A stretch of 64,000 nucleotides of DNA from a virus (lineage: Duplodnaviria > Caudoviricetes), in IMG/VR virus record IMGVR_UViG_3300011116_000260, positions 13-64,012 of that record; one strand, written 5' to 3'. The notes beneath the pieces are model-generated. The model searched no databases. It was not told where the DNA came from and was given only the letters and a program-made list of their open reading frames with translations. Of this stretch, positions 20,560 to 29,449 are shown one piece after another; positions within the stretch are counted from its first letter, which is position 1, and each line of letters opens with the position of its first letter. The position numbers and the translations under genes are program-made.

Positions 20560-23500
20560 TTAGGTATTTAGAGAAGTGTATGTTTGATTAAACTTACCTT
20601 TAATTTCCATGTTAACAATATTTACGGGTGTTGGGTAATCAGAAACAATTTGAATAGTTGTTGTATCTGAGAATCCAAAAACTTTAGCAACAAATTCACC
20701 ACTAGCTTCTGTATTTTCAATGCTTAGAGTATCTAAAACATTGTTTGTAACTAAAGCTGAGAATGAGGATTTAATTACAGACTTTCCTCTTCTTGTTGCA
20801 ATAATATCATAGTTACCAGTATCAACATGTCTTAGTGTAATAGTTTTTAGATTTAAGACACCATCAATAACATTATTATTTTGATCTCTTACAAACTGAG
20901 TACTTAATTGGACTGTCATTGTAAATTTAGTTCCAACATATAATCTTGCTTGGTTTACAGAGTAATTACCGTTTACACTAAAGATATAACCAGTACCGTT
21001 TGCATTAGCAACATAGTTTGGCTTTAGTACTGTAAACTTTCTTTCTCCCCACTTAGAATCTGTTGGATCTGTAATTAATAATACCTTACTAGGATCAAAT
21101 GAATATGGGAAATTTATAGTAAATTTTGTTTCGTTTATTGAAGCATTATAAGAAACATTAGAACCTTCGTATAGATTCATTAAACAATAATTATCTAACT
21201 TTGGTATATTTTTACTTTGCTTTTGTAAGTATGTTCTTTGAATAAAGTATTCATATTTAGTACCATCTTGTGATTTCTTTTTTACTACAACATGTAGATA
21301 ATTATCATATACTTGGCTGGATTCAATTTCTGAACCAGACTCTAGTGTATACTTATAAAAAGCATTTTGTAATACTTTATCACCAGAGAATCTATTTGTA
21401 TAAAGATACATATTATTTGGGGCATCGTTATCTACAGTTACAATTGTATTTTGAGCTGGACAACCACATGTTGCTCTAAAGTTTGTTGGTAAATAATCAC
21501 CACAATGAGTTGAGATTTCTTGAGCAGTACTTAGTGATGATCCTTGCTGAGTCATATACATATACAATCTTCGTTTATCAAAAAAGTATATTAAAGAACC
21601 CATTAAAATTGGTTCTGTTAGTTTTGCTGTAGCGTAGAAAGATGTTGGTGCAATCTGAGCTGTTAGTGGAGTAATCTGATTTTCAGAACCTCTTAGTTCA
21701 AACTGAATATCACCTTTTGTATTAACAAACAAGAAATCACTGAATGGAGTAATAGAGGATATTTCAGCATATGTTTTAGAAGATGCTCTAATATCAATTG
21801 GATCTGATGATACAATATTACTTGGATCGGATAAGAATAAATCTTCATAGTTACCTAATTGAGATGAGAATATAACATCCTCAGCAGCAAAATAAAGTCT
21901 ATCTCTAAATGTAGCAATTGCATTTATTCTTACTTGTCTAGCTGTTTTTTTATCTCCAGATAAGAATACACTAGGACCGGGATTTGAATATCTAGTACCA
22001 GTTGTTTTGGCTTCCCAAACTATAGGGTTAAAAACCCAGTCATTATTAATACCAGCAGGTGCTTCTGTAAATGTAAGTTTTTGAGGCATTCTTCGTTCAT
22101 CAATAACAGAGTATAAGTCTGGAGAACGAATCTTTTGTGTATATGGTCTGCCTTTTCCAGTAACCTTTGTAGAACCGTCTTTATATGAAATAGACTCTGG
22201 GAAACTAATAATTCTATAATAACCAGAAGTTTGACTTAGATATGGTCCTGCGGTATAATAAATTTTACCACGACCAGCAATAGCACTTAAACTATCTAAT
22301 GGATGGTCTGCATCATATAAAGCATCTAACATTTGTTTTGCTGTATCATCAACAGTATAAAGACCAACATAGTTTCCATTATTAGCATATACTTCTGTTG
22401 CTTCTGGTGGGAATCTAATTTCACTAAAATCAGCAAATGATTGACCAAGCCAAGGTTGTGTTGAATCCTTGTAAACAAAGTCTTCTACTGGAACAAATAC
22501 ACCCCATAAAATTGTCCATGTTGAGTTTGATGAAGTATCTGCTGCTAGTATTGGACTAATATAATTAACATCAACAGTCATACACTCATAAGCAACACTT
22601 TTTGAAGTTGCGTCTGCTGATGTTATTGCTTTTAATGATGGACTAACAAAATTAACCTTAACACTTAGTACTAAAGAATTAATTGCAGTAATAGTCCCAG
22701 TAAAATATTTATCAGTATCAATCCAAACTAAAATATTTTGATTTACCGCTACTCCTGTTGCAACACCAGCTACTGTAACATTAATTGTTGTATTTAAAAT
22801 AGTACTACCAGTAATAGAAGACGATGTTGTTGTTTTAAATGCAGATGGTGTATCAACAAATTTTAATGTATTTGCATCACTATTATAAATTGCTGTTACA
22901 GTACCAGTTAAATACTTAGAATTAGCTAATGAGGTTGCTGCTGATGAATTATAAAATAGTACAGTTTGATTTAAAATAGATGTGTCTGGAATTATAGTAG
23001 CGCAGTTAAATGGATCTGGTACTGCATTTCCAGTAATAGCAACAGTAGTAGTACTTGAGTTAGCATTTGTTTCAAGACTACCAGTCGTTCCTGATACACG
23101 ACTTGATGTATAATAAGTTACTTTTTTACCTTTAGTATCTGCTGTTTGATTACTTGTTGGTATAGTTCCATCTAAATCAAATAATAAACCATCATCACTA
23201 GAAGTAAAACCAGCTTTTACAAGAGTGTTTACTACTATGATACTAGAACCAACAGTAGTTGCTTTTAAAACATCTTTTGCTTTATTTAAAGTACTACCAA
23301 AAGTAATATAATTTCTTGTTGTTTGAGATACAATTGAAGTACCTTGTTGGTTTGCTGCACTTGTTGGTGTAATATCTTCCCAACTATTTTCGTTTATTTT
23401 AAACACATAAAACAAAATTGAATTAGCAGTACTGGCCTTATAATCAATACCAATTAAGAATCTATTAAATTCATTAATAGTAAACCAATACCACCAAAAG

Positions 23501-23784
23501 TCTTTATTAGCATCTTGTGCTAGATTTTCTACACAACGATAAAGATCTAGTCTATTATTATCTGAAATTGAAGCATGTCCAGTAAAAGATACCTGTGGAA
23601 GAATTTCAAATCCGGGTCTTTTTTCAAAAGATCTTTCTAATGAAATAAGAGCATTATCCATTACTTCTGCTTCTAGTGGTAATCTTTTGCTTGGTGCTTG
23701 TGTTGATACACCACTAGATAAACTTAAGATAGGAATTCTAGTACTTGCTTTAGATCCGGGCGGTCTTCTTCTGATTGGTGGCAT
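20560..23784 (-). CDS. Tail tubular protein B / nozzle (T7 gp12-like), enlarged to 1074 aa
   Basis: GVSTQAP...KRPG N-terminus, MPQKL, FRDRLYF, DPIDI; follows tubular protein A. Confidence 0.9.
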   Translation of the reverse strand: MPPIRRRPPGSKASTRIPILSLSSGVSTQAPSKRLPLEAEVMDNALISLERSFEKRPGFEILPQVSFTGHASISDNNRLDLYRCVENLAQDANKDFWWYWFTINEFNRFLIGIDYKASTANSILFYVFKINENSWEDITPTSAANQQGTSIVSQTTRNYITFGSTLNKAKDVLKATTVGSSIIVVNTLVKAGFTSSDDGLLFDLDGTIPTSNQTADTKGKKVTYYTSSRVSGTTGSLETNANSSTTTVAITGNAVPDPFNCATIIPDTSILNQTVLFYNSSAATSLANSKYLTGTVTAIYNSDANTLKFVDTPSAFKTTTSSSITGSTILNTTINVTVAGVATGVAVNQNILVWIDTDKYFTGTITAINSLVLSVKVNFVSPSLKAITSADATSKSVAYECMTVDVNYISPILAADTSSNSTWTILWGVFVPVEDFVYKDSTQPWLGQSFADFSEIRFPPEATEVYANNGNYVGLYTVDDTAKQMLDALYDADHPLDSLSAIAGRGKIYYTAGPYLSQTSGYYRIISFPESISYKDGSTKVTGKGRPYTQKIRSPDLYSVIDERRMPQKLTFTEAPAGINNDWVFNPIVWEAKTTGTRYSNPGPSVFLSGDKKTARQVRINAIATFRDRLYFAAEDVIFSSQLGNYEDLFLSDPSNIVSSDPIDIRASSKTYAEISSITPFSDFLFVNTKGDIQFELRGSENQITPLTAQIAPTSFYATAKLTEPILMGSLIYFFDKRRLYMYMTQQGSSLSTAQEISTHCGDYLPTNFRATCGCPAQNTIVTVDNDAPNNMYLYTNRFSGDKVLQNAFYKYTLESGSEIESSQVYDNYLHVVVKKKSQDGTKYEYFIQRTYLQKQSKNIPKLDNYCLMNLYEGSNVSYNASINETKFTINFPYSFDPSKVLLITDPTDSKWGERKFTVLKPNYVANANGTGYIFSVNGNYSVNQARLYVGTKFTMTVQLSTQFVRDQNNNVIDGVLNLKTITLRHVDTGNYDIIATRRGKSVIKSSFSALVTNNVLDTLSIENTEASGEFVAKVFGFSDTTTIQIVSDYPTPVNIVNMEIKGKFNQTYTSLNT

Positions 23785-24452
23785 TATCTAGCTCCTCTCC
23801 AATATCGGTATCTAGATGGGTCATAAATATAGGGATTACGGAATACAGCACCACGAACATTGGCATCACCTGTTTCAAAGATATTTCGTTTCTTATCGTT
23901 AATATCTGCGGCTTTGCCTTTTAGATGATAGATTTGTTCATTATATTCTAAATACTTATCTGCTTCACCGTCACCCTGAGTAATAATCTGATAGTTTCTC
24001 ATAGCAGTTGCCATAATTGCTCTTTGAATTGGGGTATCTAAATGTTCCCATTTTAGTTTTTTAATTACCTCAACATAGTAATCACCATCTTCCCAAAGAT
24101 CAGTATCATCAGTGTAATTATATAATCTTGGTGGGGTATCACTAAATAGCTTTGCTGTAATTCTAACACCATCAGTATTAAGATGCCAAGAAACTAACTC
24201 AGCAGAAATAACACCTTCTTCGTCCGAATCACCAGCATCAAGAATAATTTTTTTATCTGAGTCTGGATTAAACTTTCTAGTTATTTTATTATTAGCAAGA
24301 CCACGCATTTGAACATCTAAACTAGCTTGTTCAAGAAGAGTCTCAGCAATCCCCGTATCAATACCAGATTCCCCAGAAAGGTCGGCTACTAAAGATTCGC
24401 CAGCCGTTAGCAACATTTGATTAATAGCTTGTAGCTTGGTTATAAAGCCCAT
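23784..24452 (-). CDS. Tail tubular protein A / adaptor (T7 gp11-like)
   Basis: TKLQAINQMLLTAGE motif; start at MGFITK (24452) after GGAGG. Confidence 0.9.
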   Translation of the reverse strand: MGFITKLQAINQMLLTAGESLVADLSGESGIDTGIAETLLEQASLDVQMRGLANNKITRKFNPDSDKKIILDAGDSDEEGVISAELVSWHLNTDGVRITAKLFSDTPPRLYNYTDDTDLWEDGDYYVEVIKKLKWEHLDTPIQRAIMATAMRNYQIITQGDGEADKYLEYNEQIYHLKGKAADINDKKRNIFETGDANVRGAVFRNPYIYDPSRYRYWRGAR

Positions 24453-24465
24453 AGAGCCTCCTTTT

Positions 24466-24513
24466 AAAAAAGAAAAAATAAACCACCCGACTCCCATTTA
24501 AGGGAGCCGGGGG
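24466..24513 (-). terminator. Intrinsic terminator after the major capsid gene (T-phi analogue)
   Basis: Minus strand CCCGGCTCCC-TTAAAT-GGGAGTCGGG hairpin followed by TGGTTTATTTTTTCTTTTTT. Confidence 0.8.
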
Positions 24514-24584
24514 TAGATATGAGATCACCTCCTGTCAATCTTGTTTAAACAAATAAACTATATTAACAGTAAGATTATTCATAA

Positions 24585-25877
24585 TTAGCTAGTTACTGCG
24601 TATTCTGCGCTGAAGCCAGTAGCTAGGTTGTTTGACTTGGCAGTGCCAGTTACGCCCCAACCGTTAAGATGGTTGCGTAGACCTTCACGACCAGTTGCAA
24701 CTACTGGAGTACCGCCAGTTGGGGTAGTACCAGAGATTAGAGCCTTGCATAGTTCTGGACGAATTATACCAGTACCCTTCATCATGCTAGCAACAGTAAA
24801 CTGAGTATTTCGACGGACATCCTGTACGGTGTCAACCTTCATACCCTGTAGTGATAAACCAGCTACTGCTTCTGTCTGGAATAGGAATCCATAAACGCTG
24901 AATGCACTGAAACCAGTACCGTTAGCATTATCAAAGGCAGTAGTATTAAAGTTAAGATTATACTTGCTTGAACCAATTTGAGTGGTTGCTGAAGCGTTTA
25001 GATTGGTTTTTGGAATATGATTGCTCTTAACAATCTTTACACCCATGTAATCTAAACTATCAGTCATCATGTTCATACCAACACCAATACCAACACCAGC
25101 ATTAAAATCATCGCTTCCTGAGAATAGTGGGGTTGTAGCATAAGTACCACCAGCATATGCAGAAATTGCGCTGGTGCTTTTTGGAATACCTAGTGAACGG
25201 ATTAACTGGAATACCTTTGGAGTTACTACGCAATAAACATTACCAGTTGTTAAATCGTTTTCTTGGCAAGCAACAAGGTAGCTTTCAATTTCTTTTAGAA
25301 TAGCTAGACATTCAGTTTCACTTACTGAATTACCAGTTGCTAGAACTGAAGTTGAAATTACACCGGGAGCTTGGAAAGCATTGCTAGTAAAGTCACTACC
25401 GCGTGGATCGCTAGCTAGAGAATCTACTGCACATGCTGCAAGTAAAGATACTGCTAGTTGCTTATCACGGGTATTGGCAAGTTGTAGACCAGCTTGACGA
25501 GCTAGTTCGCTTCGGTAATCCCATTGGGTTACTAGAAGATCGACATTATCGCATTCAAAGTGAGCGGCCATTGGACGCTTATCAAGATTTACCTTGAAAG
25601 TAGTGCTAGTAGCATCACCACCAATTAGTTCTTCGCCTGCATCCCAAGATGGATTTAGGGCAATAGTGCCAGTAACTGGGAATTCGTAAGAATAACCACC
25701 AGTTAGGGTTTTGGTAGTAATCATGTTTTCAAACATATTGAATTGATCGTAAGCATGAATTACTTCGCCGCTCCATAGTGGTAGCCATAGTTTGTTTGCG
25801 CCAGCTGCGCCACCCAATGGGCCTTCTGTAAGGCTATCTCTCATTACCAAGTTACCAGCTGTTAAATTATCAGCCAT
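24585..25877 (-). CDS. Major capsid protein (T7 gp10-like)
   Basis: LWLPLWSGEVIHAY, GYSYEFPVTG, DYRSELARQAGLQLANTRD, GTGIIRPE; strong AAGGAG RBS. Confidence 0.95.
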   Translation of the reverse strand: MADNLTAGNLVMRDSLTEGPLGGAAGANKLWLPLWSGEVIHAYDQFNMFENMITTKTLTGGYSYEFPVTGTIALNPSWDAGEELIGGDATSTTFKVNLDKRPMAAHFECDNVDLLVTQWDYRSELARQAGLQLANTRDKQLAVSLLAACAVDSLASDPRGSDFTSNAFQAPGVISTSVLATGNSVSETECLAILKEIESYLVACQENDLTTGNVYCVVTPKVFQLIRSLGIPKSTSAISAYAGGTYATTPLFSGSDDFNAGVGIGVGMNMMTDSLDYMGVKIVKSNHIPKTNLNASATTQIGSSKYNLNFNTTAFDNANGTGFSAFSVYGFLFQTEAVAGLSLQGMKVDTVQDVRRNTQFTVASMMKGTGIIRPELCKALISGTTPTGGTPVVATGREGLRNHLNGWGVTGTAKSNNLATGFSAEYAVTS

Positions 25878-26045
25878 TGTATATACTCCTTATTAGTTTA
25901 AGTTAATTAGTAATTAATAAAATAGAACAAGTGACAAATCTTAAACTAACATTAAAACTGATTTTTCCAAAAGGAGTCTCTTTAATGTTTGTTTTGTTAT
26001 ATTGACATCCATTACCATAAAGGGGGATTTTCGCCATAACTAAAC

Positions 26046-27023
26046 TTAGTTTGGAAGACGGGTAATATCCGTCATCATTATGCGTTGTTCTACTGCCTGA
26101 CGGAACTTGGCATCATTTCCATATCTTGGATTGCCTCTGTCAGCGTAGAATTCACGCTTTGTCTTATAGGGTTGAAGTGCCTGCTTTGTTGAGGCCACAT
26201 TGACCTGCTTTTTATTAGCTGGCATTTCCTTACCCTTAGCTGTGTTTACGGTAGCTTTTTCATACTTAGCTTGCAGACCAAGTAATGCAATTTCCCAACT
26301 TGGGCTAGCTAGGTTTGCGTTAATTTCTGCTTGCTGTTGAGCACTCATTGTTTTTGCAGCCCATACAAAAAGAGATGAAAGCTTTTCTTTTCCACCGACA
26401 ACATCAGCAGCCTTACCAAAGGCTTCTCGGGATCTTGCTCTTTGTCCCTCTACATAATCTCCAATCATTCTATCAGTAAATCCAGTTTTAGTTTTAATTT
26501 CTGAAACTGTTTCATCAGATAGTTTACTACTAACAGCAACTTCCATAGACCACTTAGACCAATCTTCTTCAGAAATAACAGATGATGTTGGCTTTACTGT
26601 TTCTTCTGGTTTCTTGATTTCTGGAATTCTAAGTTCTTCTGGAATCTTTTCAACCTGTGGCTCTGGGTCTACTTGTGAATTTGAACCTTCTGAGACTGGC
26701 TCTGCGTAATTTGGATTTACAGCACCAGTTTTTTCATAGGTTTTTTTAAGATCAGCAATTTCTTGTCTTGCCTTAGTATATTCTTTTTGAGCACTCTTTA
26801 ATGAATCAAACCAAGAATTTGAATCTTTAAAATTCTTTGGAATTTCAAGACCTTGGTTTTTAACATATGCTTCAAATGCAACACGCTCTCTTGCAACTTG
26901 AACATCTTCTGGACTAGAGACTAGAGATTTTTCAACTTTATTTACTTGAATATCAGCCTCAGCTATTGCTGGTGGTTGTTGATATTCAAATATTTGTTGA
27001 GTCTCGTTTGTTTCTTCTGTCAT
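26046..27023 (-). CDS. Capsid scaffolding protein (T7 gp9-like)
   Basis: Acidic; VGGKEKLSSLFVWAA and C-terminal NPRYGNDAKFRQAVEQR; upstream of capsid. Confidence 0.88.
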   Translation of the reverse strand: MTEETNETQQIFEYQQPPAIAEADIQVNKVEKSLVSSPEDVQVARERVAFEAYVKNQGLEIPKNFKDSNSWFDSLKSAQKEYTKARQEIADLKKTYEKTGAVNPNYAEPVSEGSNSQVDPEPQVEKIPEELRIPEIKKPEETVKPTSSVISEEDWSKWSMEVAVSSKLSDETVSEIKTKTGFTDRMIGDYVEGQRARSREAFGKAADVVGGKEKLSSLFVWAAKTMSAQQQAEINANLASPSWEIALLGLQAKYEKATVNTAKGKEMPANKKQVNVASTKQALQPYKTKREFYADRGNPRYGNDAKFRQAVEQRIMMTDITRLPN

Positions 27024-27032
27024 CTTTTCTCC

Positions 27033-27272
27033 TTAGTTATTGTCTTTACCACGATTAGTGCGTCGGGATACTACTCTAAGATTTCTTAGACTATTAGTAC
27101 CACCTTTAGATAACGCTTTTTTGTGATCTACATCTTTGCCGTCATTCTTACGAACTTTTCCAGTTTTTTCTAGTTTTCTTCTAGCTAAAACTCTTAATGA
27201 TCTTCGTTTACGATATGCGGCAGTTCCATGATATTTTGCGTATTCTTTTTTATAATTTCTTTTAGTTTTCAT
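27033..27272 (-). CDS. Small HNH endonuclease-like protein
   Basis: RNYKKEY...DVDHKKALSKGGTNSLRNLRVVSRRTNR HNH-type motif. Confidence 0.8.
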   Translation of the reverse strand: MKTKRNYKKEYAKYHGTAAYRKRRSLRVLARRKLEKTGKVRKNDGKDVDHKKALSKGGTNSLRNLRVVSRRTNRGKDNN

Positions 27273-27276
27273 ATTA

Positions 27277-27831
27277 TTATATTGGATTTCCACCAGCTGG
27301 TAGTATATTATCTTTCATATATAAATCTTTATTTGTAGCATCTGATTTAATAAATCTTTTCCATAATGTTATATTAGTTGGATAAGCTAGTCTATTTGTA
27401 TCAGAAGATGTAGTACTTACTTGAATTCTTTTAATAGATTTTATATCAATTGGAAGTAATTCTCCATTTCTTACTCTTATTTCAACATCATATTCTGTTG
27501 TATCAACTAAAGATACTGAATTTCCAGAAGCATTAATTACATAGAATGGTGAAGATATAGGAACTCCAGTATCATAAACAATTTGACATACTACTAATTG
27601 AGATGGTAATACAGTAGTTCCTGCTGGATTAGCACCAAATGATATATAATCTGGATTTAGGTTTTTAATATAATCTGGAATAACAATTCCACCTACAGGA
27701 AAATTATTTACTCCAGCTACATTTCCAACAACACCGCCAACACTCGTACCACTATTTTGTGGCATAAGATTACATATAGGAAGAACATAAAAGAATTGAT
27801 TATTAACAACAGCATTTAAATAATTTGACAT
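27277..27831 (-). CDS. Hypothetical protein, paralog of 27841-28491
   Basis: Shares NNQFFYxLPICNL, IPDYIKNLNPDYISF and NITLWK with its neighbour. Confidence 0.8.
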   Translation of the reverse strand: MSNYLNAVVNNQFFYVLPICNLMPQNSGTSVGGVVGNVAGVNNFPVGGIVIPDYIKNLNPDYISFGANPAGTTVLPSQLVVCQIVYDTGVPISSPFYVINASGNSVSLVDTTEYDVEIRVRNGELLPIDIKSIKRIQVSTTSSDTNRLAYPTNITLWKRFIKSDATNKDLYMKDNILPAGGNPI

Positions 27832-27840
27832 ATAATATCC

Positions 27841-28491
27841 TTATGTAAAATAATAATTAAAAGAAGATGGAAGTGAGTTTTGCTTAACAAAAGAATCTTT
27901 ATTTAAGCTTGATGATGTAATAAATTTTTTCCATAAAGTAATATTATATGGTCTTGCTTTATTATTTTTATCAGCAGAAGAAGTTGGTGCTGGTATTGAC
28001 GGTGTGTTTGTTATTTCAATATCTCTAAAAGATTTTACATTTTTTAAATCAATTGGATATAGTTTTCCATTTGTAAATTTACAGTTTACTCTATATTCAT
28101 TTTCAATACTAAAATTATATTGAGTACCTTTTCCATCTATAAATGGATTTAAATTTAATAAATCATATATAATATTTAAACTTATACTATAAGATTGATG
28201 AGCAAGATTTGTAACTACAGAACCATCAGTTGTTACTGAAAAAGAAATATAATCTGGATTTAGGTTTTTAATATAATCTGGAATTGTAAAAATACCAGAA
28301 TCATTAAACCCAAAATTATCATTATATTGATCAAAAACTTGAAAACTATTTGTTGAACTTCTAGCACCTCTTGGTTCTGAGTCAACAAATCTATTGTCTA
28401 ATGCTACACCTAAATTATCACAAATTAAATTACATATAGGTAAGATATAAAAAAATTGATTATTAACTGTAGCATTTAAAAAATCACTCAT
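27841..28491 (-). CDS. Hypothetical protein, paralog of 27277-27831
   Basis: Same shared blocks as its neighbour. Confidence 0.8.
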   Translation of the reverse strand: MSDFLNATVNNQFFYILPICNLICDNLGVALDNRFVDSEPRGARSSTNSFQVFDQYNDNFGFNDSGIFTIPDYIKNLNPDYISFSVTTDGSVVTNLAHQSYSISLNIIYDLLNLNPFIDGKGTQYNFSIENEYRVNCKFTNGKLYPIDLKNVKSFRDIEITNTPSIPAPTSSADKNNKARPYNITLWKKFITSSSLNKDSFVKQNSLPSSFNYYFT

Positions 28492-28548
28492 TTATATTAT
28501 CATCCTTTAATTTTTTTAATACCTTACTATATTTCATTCTTATTTTAT

Positions 28549-28665
28549 TTAACGCTTTGATGACTTCTTCATCTTTGAGGAAGCTGTCATACTCTTCTTT
28601 GATTCTGCTTGTTTCCCAGTCACTCTTGTTGTTGTTCCACAATTGCATTTAAATTTAGTCTTCAT
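28549..28665 (-). CDS. 38-aa basic protein, not in ORF track
   Basis: MKTKFKCNCGTTTRVTGKQAESKKSMTASSKMKKSSKR*; ATGA overlap with the upstream stop. Confidence 0.6.
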   Translation of the reverse strand: MKTKFKCNCGTTTRVTGKQAESKKSMTASSKMKKSSKR

Positions 28666-28883
28666 TTCCAAGACACCCTTTTGCTAGATCTTTTTCTACT
28701 AGTACCTTTTTTATTACACATTGATTTAGTTGGTCTACAAGCAGGATATCCTTTACGCTTGTCTTTTGAACCAGATCTACCACAAGGCTTACCAGTCTTG
28801 CAGTCTACCCATCCTTTACCTTCATTACGACTAAACCAACCATGTAATCCTTTTTTCTTTTCTAATGAAAACTTACTTGCCAC
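28662..28883 (-). CDS. Small basic Cys-containing phage protein
   Basis: GLHGWF...WVDCKTGKPCGRS...YPACRP. Confidence 0.75.
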   Translation of the reverse strand: MASKFSLEKKKGLHGWFSRNEGKGWVDCKTGKPCGRSGSKDKRKGYPACRPTKSMCNKKGTSRKRSSKRVSWK

Positions 28884-29022
28884 GGCGTACTCGCTTGGCT
28901 AAAAACCCTTTACCATTACGGCATTGAACGGCAGCACCGCTAGCATAAGCACTTGGCCATACTTTATAAGCGGCTTTAGCAGCTTTAGCACAAGCATCTA
29001 ATGGTTTCTTTTTCTTTTTCAT
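28873..29022 (-). CDS. 49-aa basic protein, not in ORF track
   Basis: MKKKKKPLDACAKAAKAAYKVWPSAYASGAAVQCRNGKGFLAKRVRRGK*; ATGA coupling. Confidence 0.75.
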   Translation of the reverse strand: MKKKKKPLDACAKAAKAAYKVWPSAYASGAAVQCRNGKGFLAKRVRRGK

Positions 29023-29150
29023 TTCTTTTTCTTTTTCTTTGCATACTTAGGTAGACTTTTGATGGAACTTGTTTTTTTAGACCATTTTTTAGCAAGTCTT
29101 GGATTAGTAGCAAACATAAACTTTGCTTGTTGTTTTGATTTAAAAGGCAT
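29019..29150 (-). CDS. 43-aa basic protein, not in ORF track
   Basis: MPFKSKQQAKFMFATNPRLAKKWSKKTSSIKSLPKYAKKKKKK*; TAATG coupling. Confidence 0.75.
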   Translation of the reverse strand: MPFKSKQQAKFMFATNPRLAKKWSKKTSSIKSLPKYAKKKKKK

Positions 29151-29449
29151 TATTTTTTACACTTTCTACCCTTTGGACAACTAGTCTTAGATCCTTTGGG
29201 ACCAGCCCATAGATCTTTACAAGCCCAATAACGAGCAGTTAATTTGTTACCAGCTGATGAACATTTGTGTCTAGCTTTAAAAGACTTTCTAGCTGCTGCT
29301 GAGTAGTTATTACCATATCCAGTAGCACCATAGTGAATAATCTTTTCTTGTCCATTAGCACAAGCTTTTACAACACGCTTCTTTGCTGGATTTGGTGACT
29401 TGCGTGGTTTATTACATGGCATACTAGCTTTATTTAGTTTTCTTTTCAT
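29150..29449 (-). CDS. Small basic Cys-rich phage protein
   Basis: KIIHYGATG...RKSFKARHKC...TARYWAC; overlaps the portal stop. Confidence 0.75.
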   Translation of the reverse strand: MKRKLNKASMPCNKPRKSPNPAKKRVVKACANGQEKIIHYGATGYGNNYSAAARKSFKARHKCSSAGNKLTARYWACKDLWAGPKGSKTSCPKGRKCKK

